DNA of 64,000 nucleotides, taken from assembly GCA_965140785.1 (NCBI GenBank), contig OZ223481.1, positions 288,001 through 352,000 of the forward strand. The letters are read 5' to 3'. A program made the position numbers and the translations under genes. The stretch's first letter is position 1. Each line of letters starts with the position of its first letter. The DNA is from an uncultured Ruficoccus sp. (lineage in GTDB: Bacteria; Verrucomicrobiota; Verrucomicrobiia; Opitutales; Cerasicoccaceae). The notes under the pieces were generated by a model, which made no database searches, was not told where the DNA came from, and saw only the letters and a program-made list of their open reading frames with translations. Positions 19,052 through 28,987 of the stretch are shown piece after piece.

Positions 19052-19241
19052 ACAATTGCTCGCGAGGTAAGGAAAGTTCCTTATAGATATTAGTGTGATC
19101 CCTATAGATAAATGCGGTGTTGCTTGTGCAAATAGCGATATGCAAAAGGCATGCAGTAGACTAAATGTTAATAAAGGCTTGCTTTAACGTGGGTTCTGGA
19201 TAGCTGTTAATCCTCTAAACGGTATTAACCTAAGTGAAACT

Positions 19242-19625
19242 ATGAGTATTGATAATGAATTAAAGCGTATAGAGAAAGCCGCGGAGAATCTGGCTAAGCA
19301 GAAAAAGAAGCTGATCGAGCAAAAGAAAAAAGAAAAGGCTGCTCACGCTAAATTGGACGCGGTAGTCAAGCAGAGCGGCTTCGATACGCCGAAGGAATTG
19401 GTCGAAGCGCTGATTGAAAAGTACAACATCCGGCTGCACCGCCGCCGCGCCGCCGCCGCGACCCCGTCCGGCCGCCGCAAGCGCACCAAGATCACTCCTG
19501 AGCTGCGCGACCAAGTTAAGGCCAAGCTGAAGGACAGCTCGATGAACAAGGTCTCCAAGGAGATGGAAATCAGCTACGCCGTGATCGCCAAGATCGCGAA
19601 GGGTGCCTACGACAAGGCCAAGTAA
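19242..19625 (+). CDS. Small basic coiled-coil/HTH protein, candidate nucleoid-associated protein
   Basis: 127 aa, very Lys/Arg-rich; N-terminal coiled coil, Arg/Ala linker, HTH-like C-terminus; AT-rich upstream region and own terminator. Confidence 0.7.
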   Translation: MSIDNELKRIEKAAENLAKQKKKLIEQKKKEKAAHAKLDAVVKQSGFDTPKELVEALIEKYNIRLHRRRAAAATPSGRRKRTKITPELRDQVKAKLKDSSMNKVSKEMEISYAVIAKIAKGAYDKAK

Positions 19626-19653
19626 CCATCCTCACGCTGGCTCCCGATTTTTC

Positions 19654-19684
19654 ATCCGCAGGTCTTCGGCCCTGCGGATTTTTT
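19654..19684 (+). terminator. Rho-independent terminator
   Basis: ATCCGCAGG-loop-CCTGCGGAT followed by a T run. Confidence 0.85.
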
Positions 19685-19823
19685 ATGGGCATTTCGCTTA
19701 ACCTCTCATGCACAATCTCGCTCATGGTGGATTAATCGAAATGCCTTTGTGCCTCGGCTGCGCGCAACGCGGGTTTTGACAACCGGCTCGGGATGGCATA
19801 GGCTATGCTAACTCTGACTCATC

Positions 19824-20513
19824 ATGCGGCTCGTACTACCGAGATGCAGGCAGCACCTCACCCGCGAGGATGAAAACTTCCTGGCGGAGACGCTGGCTGC
19901 TTCCCCCGCCTCCCGCGAGGCTGTGGCGGAGCTTTTAGCCGATCCGCCCATGCGGGACCTGCTGTTGGACGAGAAGGAGGTTTTCCAGATCTTGCTGGAG
20001 TCGCCGCAGTCCCTGGCGGTGTCCCCGAATCTTTACTTCTACGTCCTCGTGCGCCACAGCCTGAAGGACAACGGCGTGGACGACCGCGAGCTGGCCGACT
20101 ACCTGGCCTCGCTCTTACTGGCTTACCTGATGGAGCGCCAAAGCGGCATGCACGTGCCCTATGTGGGCGAGTGCATGAGCGAGATCGCCGCTTCCGCTGG
20201 GGCGGACCGGTTCTTTCTCGTGGTTGAGCTGGCCGACCGCCTGCTCTTTCTGACCGGAATCTTTCCGGCGCATTTCGAGCATCGGCGGCAGCGGCGCGGG
20301 GCGCCTCCATTGGACTTTTATGAAAACGTCGGCGTGGCCCAGTACCGGACGGCCAGCGGACACGCTCTGGCGCGTGAGTTCTGTCTGGAGCCGATTTTTC
20401 AGGCGCTGGGCGAAGCCTTTCACGAGATCCGTCTCGGGCTCAACCGCATCGGCGACACCCTGGCCTTTACCGGCGACGACGGCCCTTCGCCGGGGCGTTA
20501 CCTGCTTAACTGA
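19824..20513 (+). CDS. Hypothetical protein
   Basis: 229-aa ORF with genome-typical codon usage; LADYLASLL and ADRLLFLTGIFP segments. Confidence 0.75.
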   Translation: MRLVLPRCRQHLTREDENFLAETLAASPASREAVAELLADPPMRDLLLDEKEVFQILLESPQSLAVSPNLYFYVLVRHSLKDNGVDDRELADYLASLLLAYLMERQSGMHVPYVGECMSEIAASAGADRFFLVVELADRLLFLTGIFPAHFEHRRQRRGAPPLDFYENVGVAQYRTASGHALAREFCLEPIFQALGEAFHEIRLGLNRIGDTLAFTGDDGPSPGRYLLN

Positions 20514-20736
20514 TTCTGTAAATAAAGGCCTGTTTAGTGCGGTTTAAATGAAGTCGTGGCCATCGCTCCCTTAACTCTGTGTCTTCGCATCTTTGTGGTG
20601 AAAAAAAGATGAGCTACAGAGAGCACAGAGGATTTTTAAAAGTGAACATCACTGCCATGCGCGTGTTTTTCGATCTTTCCGGCCTTCCTGTTAAAAAAAT
20701 CGAAGAGGAAGCGGATTTCTTTACCAGTAAGGGGGT

Positions 20737-20772
20737 AAAAAAAGACCGCCCGGTTTGTTCGACCGGGCGGTC
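20737..20772 (-). terminator. Rho-independent terminator of the minus-strand sugar cluster
   Basis: GACCGCCCGGT / ACCGGGCGGTC stem preceded by A7 on the + strand. Confidence 0.85.
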
Positions 20773-20805
20773 CGTGCAAAGGGTTGAGTGAAGGGTGCGC
20801 TTCGC

Positions 20806-21594
20806 CTACAGGCGCGGCAGCGTGAGCCCGCCGTCCACCATGATGACCTGACCGGTGGAGTACGGGAAGTCGCCGCGGGCGAGCGAGGTGACAGCCTTGC
20901 CGATGTCGTCCGGGAAGCCCCAGCGGGGCGTTACGCACAGGCCATCGGCAATGAGCTTGTCATACTTTTCCGTTACACCGGCGGTCATGTCGGTCTTGAT
21001 CACGCCGGGGCGCACTTCATAGACCGGGATACCGTACTCGCCCAGGCGCACGGCGAAGAGCTGAGTCGCCATCGACAGGCCGGCCTTGGCCACACAGTAT
21101 TCGCCGCGGTTGATCGAGATGACCGTGGCCGAGATCGAGCTGACGTTGATGATGGCGGCGTGGAAGTTTTCGTCAGCCTCTTTCTGCTCGACCATCCAGC
21201 GGGCGGCGCCCTGCGTGAGGAAGTACGCCCCCTTCAGGTTCGTGCCCACCACGTAGTCGAAGCTCTCTTCGGTGGCCTCGAGTAGGTCGAGCCGTTGCTT
21301 CGGGGCGACCCCGGCGTTGTTGACGAGGACGTTGAGCTTGCCGAAGCTCTCGCGCACGACGGCGAGAATGCCCTCCCGGCTTTCCTTGGAGCCGATGTCG
21401 CCGCGGGCGTAGGCGGTGCGGGCACCGAGGTCCTGCAGAGCCTTGAGCGCGTCGCCGACCGACTCCTCGGGGCGCATGCCGTTGATGACCAGGTCGAATC
21501 CGGCCTTGGCCAGGTGCTCGGCGCAGCCGAAGCCGATGCCACGGCTGCCGCCGGTTACCAGAGCGACGGGTTTGGAGGTGTTGTCAGTTTTCAT
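20806..21594 (-). CDS. SDR-family oxidoreductase
   Basis: TGGSRGIG, NNAG, YCVAK catalytic motif, VRPGVIKTDMT. Confidence 0.93.
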   Translation of the reverse strand: MKTDNTSKPVALVTGGSRGIGFGCAEHLAKAGFDLVINGMRPEESVGDALKALQDLGARTAYARGDIGSKESREGILAVVRESFGKLNVLVNNAGVAPKQRLDLLEATEESFDYVVGTNLKGAYFLTQGAARWMVEQKEADENFHAAIINVSSISATVISINRGEYCVAKAGLSMATQLFAVRLGEYGIPVYEVRPGVIKTDMTAGVTEKYDKLIADGLCVTPRWGFPDDIGKAVTSLARGDFPYSTGQVIMVDGGLTLPRL

Positions 21595-21690
21595 AGCTAA
21601 TGGATGGGTGGTTCAAGTGTGGGTTGTCGCCGGTGCACCGGAAGCAGCTCCATCCATCGCCATGAAAACTGACCGATGGGTGGGCGGCTT

Positions 21691-22639
21691 TTAGCTGCCG
21701 ACGATGTCCTGCAGTTCGCTCAACAGGGTCGGGTCGGCGGGATGGCCGAGCCAGAGCACTTCGCCCTCGGGCGAGATAATGGCGACCTGCGGGATGGAGG
21801 TGATGTTGAGAAGGTCGGAGAGTGGATAGTCCTTGGTTTCGAGCAGCCACTTCAGCGGGGTGCTGGCGATGTTCTGATCGGTGTAAACTTTCGAGGCGGC
21901 AGCCTGGTCCTCCAGGTTGACCGCGGCGAACACGATGCCCTCGGAGGAGTACTCGGCGGCGCGTTCCTTCAGCTCGGGCATGGCGTTCATGCACGGGCCG
22001 CACCAGCTGGCCCAGAAGTCCAGGTAAACGGCCTTCTTACCCCTTGGCCAGATCGGCCAGGGTGACGGTCTTACCCTCTTCGGAGACGACGCCCAGCGGT
22101 TTGTCCATCGGGACGGTCAGGCCGTCCATGAGCTTGGCCTGCCAGTAGTCATTGACCCACTGGCCGGCGACGCCGTTGGCGATTTCTGGCATCTGCACGA
22201 AGGCCTTGCCGATCTCGGTTTCGGCGGACTCGATGTCGCCCTTGTCCCAGCTTTTCTTGGCATCGGCCATGATGATAATGGCGCGGGCGGCGCGGGCGTT
22301 TTCGGAGTTCACGCCGTCTTGTTTTTCAATGCCGGGGATGGCCTTTTCGATGGCGGCGATCTTGGCGGCAGCCTGTTCGTCCATGCCGAGCTGGTAGTAG
22401 GCCATGGTCTCGATCAGGAGCAGTTCGGTGTCGGAAGCACCCTGGCTCTGGAGCTGCTGGAGCTGCTGCTCGATCATGGCCAGGCGCGGGTCCTGCATGC
22501 TGGAGTCGGCGGAGGCTGCGGCCACCGGCGCGTCAGAGGTTTTGGAGGCCGGTGCGGCTTCCTGGGCAAAGACGGGCTGTGAGAGGGAGAAAAGCGTGGC
22601 CGAGGCAACGCCTGCGAGAATGAGAAGCGGTGATTTCAT
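21691..22639 (-). pseudogene. Exported TlpA/ResA-like thiol-disulfide oxidoreductase, +1 frameshift in a G4 run (22040-22043)
   Basis: Signal peptide and helical N-domain; removing one G gives AKGKKAVYLDFWASWCGPCM continuing into ORF 21691-21990. Confidence 0.85.
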
Positions 22640-22760
22640 AGGTGATTTTATCCGGTGTTAATGATCGAATGAGCGGAGTACACCTTGCCCATGACGGGGG
22701 TCATGGGCAAGGCTTTCCTCGCGTCGATACTTATGCGGGTGACCGGATAAAGACAAGGAC

Positions 22761-23912
22761 CTACGCCTTCAGTTCCGGCAGTTCGATCCACTGACGGGCG
22801 TCGCTGCTCTTGATGCCGTACTCGGCCAGCTGAACGCCCTTGGCGCCCTCCAGCAGGGTCCAGCGGAAGGGCTCGTCGAGCACCACGTGGCGCAGGAACA
22901 GCTCCCACTGCACCTTGAAGGCGTTGTCGAAGCTCTCCTGCTCGGGCACCTTGCTCCAGCCATTGAAAAAGTCGATGGGCTGCGGAATGTCCGGGTTCCA
23001 GATGGGCTTGGGTGTGTTGCCGTAGTGCTGGATCCACACGTCGCGCAGGCCGACGATGGCGCTGCCCTTGGTGCCGTCCACCTGCATGGTGAGCAGGTCG
23101 TCGCGGCGCACGCGCACGTTCCAGGAGGAGTTGAAGTGGCAGACGACGCCGTTCTCCAGTTCGAAGGTCGAGTAGGCGCTGTCGTCGGCGGTGCACTTGT
23201 AGGGCTTGCCCTGCTCGTCCACGCGCTCGGGGATGTGGGTGGCGGCCAGGCAGGAGACGCTCTTGACCGGGCCGAAGAGGTTGTCGATCACATAGCGCCA
23301 GTGGCAGAGCATATCGACGACCATGCCGCCGCCGTCTTCCTTGCGGTAGTTCCAGGAGGGGCGCTGGGCCGGGATGGTGTGGCCCTCGAAGACCCAGTAG
23401 CCGAACTCGCCGCGCACGCTGAGGATGTCGCCAAAGAAGCCGTTTTCCTTCAGGCGCATGAACTTGAGCATGCCGGGCAACCAGAGCTTGTCCTGCACGA
23501 CGCCGTTCTTGACCCCGGCGTCGCGGCAGATCTTGTACAGCTCGTAGGCGTCCTCGGTCTTGATCGCGGTGGGCTTTTCGCAGTAAACGTGCTTGCCCGC
23601 CTCGGCGGCTTTCTTGACCGCGTCGAAGCGCTGGAGCGTGCCCTGCGAGTCGAAGTAGATCGAGAAGCGCTCGTCGCTCATCACGCTGTCCAGGTCGGTC
23701 GTGTACTCCTTGACGCTGCTGATCTCGGTCAGGTGCTTGAGCTTGTTCTCATTGCGGCCGACCAGGATGGGGTCGGGCATGATGACCTCGTTCGGGCTGA
23801 TCTTGACGCCGCCCTGTTTGATGATCGCGTCGATGGAGCGCAGCAGGTGCTGGTTCGTGCCCATCCGGCCCGTGACGCCGTTCATGATGATACCGACTTT
23901 GTGTGTTTTCAT
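22761..23912 (-). CDS. Gfo/Idh/MocA-family oxidoreductase
   Basis: [22 protein letters not shown]-terminal NGVTGRMG. Confidence 0.92.
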   Translation of the reverse strand: MKTHKVGIIMNGVTGRMGTNQHLLRSIDAIIKQGGVKISPNEVIMPDPILVGRNENKLKHLTEISSVKEYTTDLDSVMSDERFSIYFDSQGTLQRFDAVKKAAEAGKHVYCEKPTAIKTEDAYELYKICRDAGVKNGVVQDKLWLPGMLKFMRLKENGFFGDILSVRGEFGYWVFEGHTIPAQRPSWNYRKEDGGGMVVDMLCHWRYVIDNLFGPVKSVSCLAATHIPERVDEQGKPYKCTADDSAYSTFELENGVVCHFNSSWNVRVRRDDLLTMQVDGTKGSAIVGLRDVWIQHYGNTPKPIWNPDIPQPIDFFNGWSKVPEQESFDNAFKVQWELFLRHVVLDEPFRWTLLEGAKGVQLAEYGIKSSDARQWIELPELKA

Positions 23913-23974
23913 CTTAATGTAATGGTTGATTGCTGATTGTTAATTGTTGGAAGTGACTGTTGCCTGTATCCAGA

Positions 23975-24808
23975 TTATGAATACTGAAGGTAGGCGTTCT
24001 TGATCTGGTCGAGGAACTTGTTCTGATCTTCCTTCCACCAGCGGTTGGAGAAAATCTCGACTTCGTTGTAGCCGCTGTAGCCGGTGGCCTCGACCCAGGA
24101 GCGGATCTCACGGATGTTGATCACGCCTTCGCCCATCAGGCCGCGGTCCAGGAGAAAGTCTTCCGTCGGGCTGCGCCAGTCGCAGATGTGAAAGGCGAAG
24201 AGCTTGTCCAGCTCGCCGCAGCGGGCGATTTCGGCCTTGAGCATATCGTCCCACCACAGGTGATACACGTCCACCGCGACGCCGACGTGGTCGTCGTTGA
24301 TGGCTTCGCACATGTCGTTGGCCTGCTTCATCGAGTTGACCGCGGAGCGCTCGGCGGCGTACATCGGATGGAGGGGCTCGATGGCGAGCTTGACGCCCTT
24401 GTCCTTGGCGCGGGGGAGGACGGCGCGGATGCCGTCGGCGATCTGCTGGCGGGCCTCGGGCAGCGGAATGCCGGGCACAGCACCGACGACGAGCACGATC
24501 ATGGGCGCGCCCAGTGCGGCGGCCTCGTCAATGCACGTCTCGTTGTCGGCGATGGCGGCGGCGCGGTCGGCCTCGCTCTTGCCGGGGAAGAAGCCCCCCC
24601 GGCAGTACGAGACGATGTCGAGGCCGTTGTCGCGGATCATTTTCCCGGCGTCGGCGTGGGTCATGTCCTTGACCGCGTCACGCCACACGGTGATGCCGGG
24701 CACGCCCTCGCGGGCAAAACTTTGCACGGTCTGCTTGAGGCTCCAGGGCTTGTGCGTGATGGTGTGGATGCACAGGCGGGAGAAGTCGGTGAAGGGTTTT
24801 ACGCTCAT
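23975..24808 (-). CDS. Sugar phosphate isomerase/epimerase (xylose-isomerase-like TIM barrel)
   Basis: LAIEPLHP, VDVYH, FHICD, RGLMGEGVI and EVEIFS metal ligands; ATG at 24808. Confidence 0.9.
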   Translation of the reverse strand: MSVKPFTDFSRLCIHTITHKPWSLKQTVQSFAREGVPGITVWRDAVKDMTHADAGKMIRDNGLDIVSYCRGGFFPGKSEADRAAAIADNETCIDEAAALGAPMIVLVVGAVPGIPLPEARQQIADGIRAVLPRAKDKGVKLAIEPLHPMYAAERSAVNSMKQANDMCEAINDDHVGVAVDVYHLWWDDMLKAEIARCGELDKLFAFHICDWRSPTEDFLLDRGLMGEGVINIREIRSWVEATGYSGYNEVEIFSNRWWKEDQNKFLDQIKNAYLQYS

Positions 24809-24821
24809 GAGTTGGTATGGG

Positions 24822-25985
24822 TTAAAGATCGGAAGGGCTGTAGGGCTGGAGATTATCCCCGGTCCACAGGCGTTGGGAAGTGAAGGGGCGATCCGGCTCG
24901 GTCCAGAAAGCGTGCGTGGGGTCAAGCCCAAGCGGGAGGAAAATGGTAGAGGCGAGGTAGAGGCTACCGGTGCTGATGTAATGCTGCGCGGCGGCTGGCT
25001 GGTGGCCAACGATCCCCAACTGCAGCCAACCTTCCTCGTCGTAAGTGCCCGGGGCGCTGAGCATGCGGTTCATAACGATAGAGAGGGCGTGGCGCGTCTG
25101 TCCGTAGGGCAGGGCTTTCGGCAGCTCCTTGCGCAGGATGATCTGGCAGAGGGTCTGGAACGCCCCGGTGCGGTAGCACATGGAGCGCCCTGTCAGGGGA
25201 AATGTCCCTTCAGGCGAAATCAACTGCTCCTGCATGAGCGCATAGTGCTGGGCGCGCTTCAGTAGGACGGGCCATTTTTCCTTCCACGCCGGCGGGATAC
25301 GCTCATCATCCCGGTGCCGCAACTGATCGACATTATCCAGCAGCATGGGCTGGATGACGTAGCTGTTGTAGTAGTCCCAGTGGAAGCTGGGGCCGTCGCC
25401 ATACATACCGTCGCCGAGGTAAAATTCCTCGTGGCTGTTGAAGGCATGTTCGATGGGCCCGGGCTGCCAGTCCGCCCCGGCCATGCACAGGAAGCATTCG
25501 ACGGTGGAGGAAAATAGCAGCCAGTTGTTATTGTTGGGTTTGATATTGCGAGTGGCGGCAGCCTCCTTGATGAGTCGCGTGCGGCTAAGCTCATCCAGGC
25601 TGTGCCACAACTGCTGCGGTGCACGGAGCATGGCCTGGCAGAGGAAGGCCGTATCCACTAGTGACTGCCGTTCACCGGAGAAGTTCAGGTAATCCGTTGC
25701 ATCCGGATCGACGGCCCGGGCCAGCCCCTGGCGGGTAAGCTCGCGGAATTCCGCTTGCAGTGTCTGTTCGGCCTGCGGGAAGTCCGCTTCCAGTTCCAGC
25801 CAGGGTGCAATTCCCACCAGCACGCGGGCAACGGCTTCCAGGTGGCTGACGTTTTCACGGGAGTCGGTACACGCGGGAGCTATTTCAACAGGCATCCGCT
25901 CCCGGAGCCGGCCATGGGCCAGGGCTTCGAGGACAGGTCTGGCCATCGTCTGAAGATGGGCCAGCCATAGCGAACGCGTATCCAT
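24822..25985 (-). CDS. DUF2264-family protein
   Basis: SHLEAVARVLVGIAPWLEL, NNWLLFS, YLGDGMYGDG, DYYNSYVIQP, GRSMCYR, YISTGSLYL. Confidence 0.85.
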   Translation of the reverse strand: MDTRSLWLAHLQTMARPVLEALAHGRLRERMPVEIAPACTDSRENVSHLEAVARVLVGIAPWLELEADFPQAEQTLQAEFRELTRQGLARAVDPDATDYLNFSGERQSLVDTAFLCQAMLRAPQQLWHSLDELSRTRLIKEAAATRNIKPNNNNWLLFSSTVECFLCMAGADWQPGPIEHAFNSHEEFYLGDGMYGDGPSFHWDYYNSYVIQPMLLDNVDQLRHRDDERIPPAWKEKWPVLLKRAQHYALMQEQLISPEGTFPLTGRSMCYRTGAFQTLCQIILRKELPKALPYGQTRHALSIVMNRMLSAPGTYDEEGWLQLGIVGHQPAAAQHYISTGSLYLASTIFLPLGLDPTHAFWTEPDRPFTSQRLWTGDNLQPYSPSDL

Positions 25986-26040
25986 TTTATTAATACCTAG
26001 AGAGGATGGCGGGAGGCTCCGGGGCGCACTTCTCGCGCAC

Positions 26041-27411
26041 TCAATTAAAGAAGCGGTAGTAGGGCTCGTCCTTGAGCATGCGGGTGACCAGGAGGGCGGC
26101 TTCACGCATGTGGTAGTCGCCCCACATGGAGGACTCGCCGCAGGCGATCTTCTGCCCGGCGGGGACGTGGTCCCAGCCGTTGGGCTCGTGGTAAATGCTG
26201 TGCAGGGTGAGGCCCTGGTGCTTCTCGTCGGTGGAGAGGTAGGGCTCGTCGAGCAGGGTCTTGAGCGAGGTCAGCCCAGCCTGCCAGTAGCGCTCGGCGT
26301 CAGCGGTCTCGCCCTTGTCCTTGAGGTACTTGCCCAGGCGCAGGAGGCCCTGGACGCCGATGGCGGCGGCGGAGGAGTCAACCGGCTCCCAATCGTTGAA
26401 CGGGTCGGCGGGGCGTTCGGTGTAGTTGCCGAGTTGATACAGCTTGGGCGCGCCGGTGTCCCAGTACGGGATGCCGTCGGAGGCGGTGTTGGCGATAAAG
26501 AAATCGTTGGTGGCTTTGGCGGCCTTTAAGAGGAACGCCTCGACCTCGGCGCGACCACCGAGGGGCTCCAGCGCTTCGTCCGGAACCTCGGCGACGAACT
26601 CCAACTGCTCGGGGAAGCCGAGCATGGCCCAAGACAGGCCGCGGGTCCAGGTGGTGAAGCCGGAGAAGCCCTGCTGCGAGTTGGGGCAGCGGAAAGCCCC
26701 GTCGTTGATGTTAAAGATGGCCTCGTGGGCGGTGCGGCCCCACTCGTCGTACTTGTCGCGGCCCTCGCCGTAGAAGACGTTGTAGGCGGCGTTGGAGCGG
26801 GCGTGGTTGAGAGCGCGTTCGAGCAGGTTGATCTCGGCGTCGTTGTCGGTGAGGAGAGAGTGGCCGAGCAGCCAGCTCATTTCAACGGCGCGGATGGTGC
26901 GTACGGTGTCGATGAAGAGCGAGTGCGGCCCGTTAAAGGAGTAGAGGTAGCCGCCCTTGTCGTTGGGGCTCCAGCGCATGGCCTGAACCGCGCCGGAGGC
27001 CTTGAGAGCCATGTCGTAGAAATTCATCTCCCACTCGTTCTGCGGGATTTTGCCCTCGCGCATGAGGCGGCGCAGGTTGCCGTAGGTGGAGACGTTGTTA
27101 AAGCCGTGGTCGTGCACGCCCTTGTGGGTGATGTGCGGGGCCATGACGGCGAGCGTCTGCTCGCGCCCGTAGGTGAGGAAGCTCTCCTCGCCGGTGGCGT
27201 CGAACTGGAGAATGGCCGAGCCGAACTGGAAGCCCTGCGTCCACTCGGTCCAGCCGCGCGTGGTGTACTTGCCCTCGACGGTGAAGACGGGCGAGCCTTG
27301 CGAGGTGTCGTACTCGGCCTCGATCAGCTTGATCTTCTGGCCGGAGATGTCCCAAAAGCGATCCAGCGCCGGTTTCAGCGCCTGGGGGGTGAGAGAGGTG
27401 TCGATGTTCAT
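26041..27411 (-). CDS. Glycoside hydrolase family 88-like (unsaturated glucuronyl hydrolase)
   Basis: EWTQGF, HDHGF, TWTRGLSWAMLGF, IPYWD, DSSAAAI, SMWGDY. Confidence 0.85.
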   Translation of the reverse strand: MNIDTSLTPQALKPALDRFWDISGQKIKLIEAEYDTSQGSPVFTVEGKYTTRGWTEWTQGFQFGSAILQFDATGEESFLTYGREQTLAVMAPHITHKGVHDHGFNNVSTYGNLRRLMREGKIPQNEWEMNFYDMALKASGAVQAMRWSPNDKGGYLYSFNGPHSLFIDTVRTIRAVEMSWLLGHSLLTDNDAEINLLERALNHARSNAAYNVFYGEGRDKYDEWGRTAHEAIFNINDGAFRCPNSQQGFSGFTTWTRGLSWAMLGFPEQLEFVAEVPDEALEPLGGRAEVEAFLLKAAKATNDFFIANTASDGIPYWDTGAPKLYQLGNYTERPADPFNDWEPVDSSAAAIGVQGLLRLGKYLKDKGETADAERYWQAGLTSLKTLLDEPYLSTDEKHQGLTLHSIYHEPNGWDHVPAGQKIACGESSMWGDYHMREAALLVTRMLKDEPYYRFFN

Positions 27412-27498
27412 GAGAAGTTTTTAATGGGTGTTGGTTTAAAAGGGTTGGAGAAAAAGGAGTGGGCGTATCGGAAAGGCGGAACTGCGGGGGCCGTTTGT

Positions 27499-28059
27499 CT
27501 AGAAGCGATTTTCTTTGCGCAGGTGGACGATGATCAGCTCGGAGTCCTCCAGCGCCTCGTAGGAGTGCTCCAAAATGGCGTCGAACTGCACGGCCCGTCC
27601 GGCCTTGACGAGGCGGGTCTCGGAGGGGAGGTTGATCTGGATTTCGCCCTTGAGCACCCAACAGGTCTCGAAGTCGTCGTGGTGCATCTCGGGGCGGGTA
27701 ATGTGGCTGCCCCTGGCCGCGCGACCATAGAACATACTCGCCTTTCCGTAGGTGATGCGGCTAAATACGAAGCCGTCATGCTCGTAACCCTCCGCCTTCA
27801 CCTCGTGCGCGAAGCGCGCCTCGGCCAGTCCGAGCAGCTCCGCCGCGCTCATGCCGAAGACCCGCGCGAGCTTGTAGAGGGTTTCCAGTTCGGCGCTGGA
27901 CTGGTTGCGCTCCAGCTTGGAGATGACCGCCACGGACACGCCCGAGCGCTCGGCCACCTGCCCCAGTGTCAGCGACTCCCGCTTGCGCAGGGCGCGCAGG
28001 ACCGAGAAATCGTAGAGCGGGGCAGATTCGCCCCCGGGACTGGTGGTAAGCGTGGGCAT
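27499..28059 (-). CDS. XRE-family transcriptional regulator with cupin domain
   Basis: LRALRKRESLTLGQVAERSGVSVAVISKLERN HTH; C-terminal cupin HHDDFETCWVLKGEI. Confidence 0.92.
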   Translation of the reverse strand: MPTLTTSPGGESAPLYDFSVLRALRKRESLTLGQVAERSGVSVAVISKLERNQSSAELETLYKLARVFGMSAAELLGLAEARFAHEVKAEGYEHDGFVFSRITYGKASMFYGRAARGSHITRPEMHHDDFETCWVLKGEIQINLPSETRLVKAGRAVQFDAILEHSYEALEDSELIIVHLRKENRF

Positions 28060-28123
28060 GATTAAATTTTCGCTTGCGATAAAAAATAGATAGTTTCATA
28101 TTGTCAAAGAAAAATTCAAACCC
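28060..28123. promoter_or_regulatory. Divergent AT-rich promoter region between the XRE regulator and eda
   Basis: TTGACA on the minus strand (28102-28107); TTGCGA-N17-CATATT on the plus strand; short palindrome TCGC-TT-GCGA. Confidence 0.5.
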
Positions 28124-28765
28124 ATGAGTGAACATCCTGCCGTAACCCTGCTCCAAGAAAAACGCCTGCTGCCTGTCGCCGTCCTCGAGGACGTGGACGC
28201 CGGGCTCAAAACCGCCGCCGCGCTGCGTGAGGGCGGGCTGAACCTGATCGAGGTCACCCTGCGCAATCCCGCTGCCAAGGACGTCATCGCCGCCATCCTG
28301 AAGGAATTTCCGGACATGATCGTCGGGGCCGGAACGGTCCTCGACCCGGCCATGGTCCAGCCGCTGGCCGACATGGGCGTGCAGTTCTTTGTCGCGCCCG
28401 GCCTGAACGAGGAGGTCGTGGAAGCCGCGCACAATGTGGGCTGCCCGATCACGCCGGGGGTCGTGACCCCGAGCGAAGTGGATCGCGGCATCCGCCTGGG
28501 CTGCAAGGCCCTGAAGTTCTTCCCGGCTGAGCCGGCGGGCGGCGCCAAGATGCTCAAGGCGCTGACGGCGGCCTTTGGCCACACGGGCGTGAAGTTCATC
28601 CCGACCGGCGGCATCGACCTGGCCAAGGCCCCCAGCTACTGGGCGCTCAAGAGCGTGCTCGCCGTGGGCGGCTCGTGGTTTGTGGCCGGGGATCTGGTCA
28701 AGGCGGGCAAGTTTGACGAGATCGCCCGCATGACGAAGGAAGGCCTCGCCGCCGCCCAGGGCTGA
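28124..28765 (+). CDS. eda: KDPG/KHG aldolase
   Basis: IEVTLRNP, VGAGTVL, PGVVTPSEV, LKFFPAE, FIPTGGI, VGGSW. Confidence 0.95.
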   Translation: MSEHPAVTLLQEKRLLPVAVLEDVDAGLKTAAALREGGLNLIEVTLRNPAAKDVIAAILKEFPDMIVGAGTVLDPAMVQPLADMGVQFFVAPGLNEEVVEAAHNVGCPITPGVVTPSEVDRGIRLGCKALKFFPAEPAGGAKMLKALTAAFGHTGVKFIPTGGIDLAKAPSYWALKSVLAVGGSWFVAGDLVKAGKFDEIARMTKEGLAAAQG

Positions 28766-28987
28766 TTGCTCTCAGCCACCGGCATCTCCATTCTTTATCT
28801 GACAACCTTGTCATTTTCGGGCTCCCGGTCTGCCGGCCGGGAGCTTTTTACGCGCCTGTCGCTGGGTTTTCCGTATTGGCGGCTTGCGCGGCGGTAGGAT
28901 TTTATAGATAAAAGCATCACGCGCCCTTTCGCCATTCCGCCCATCGGCGAAAGGTGCGCGAACGAAATCTCCTACTGTCTTATCCTT

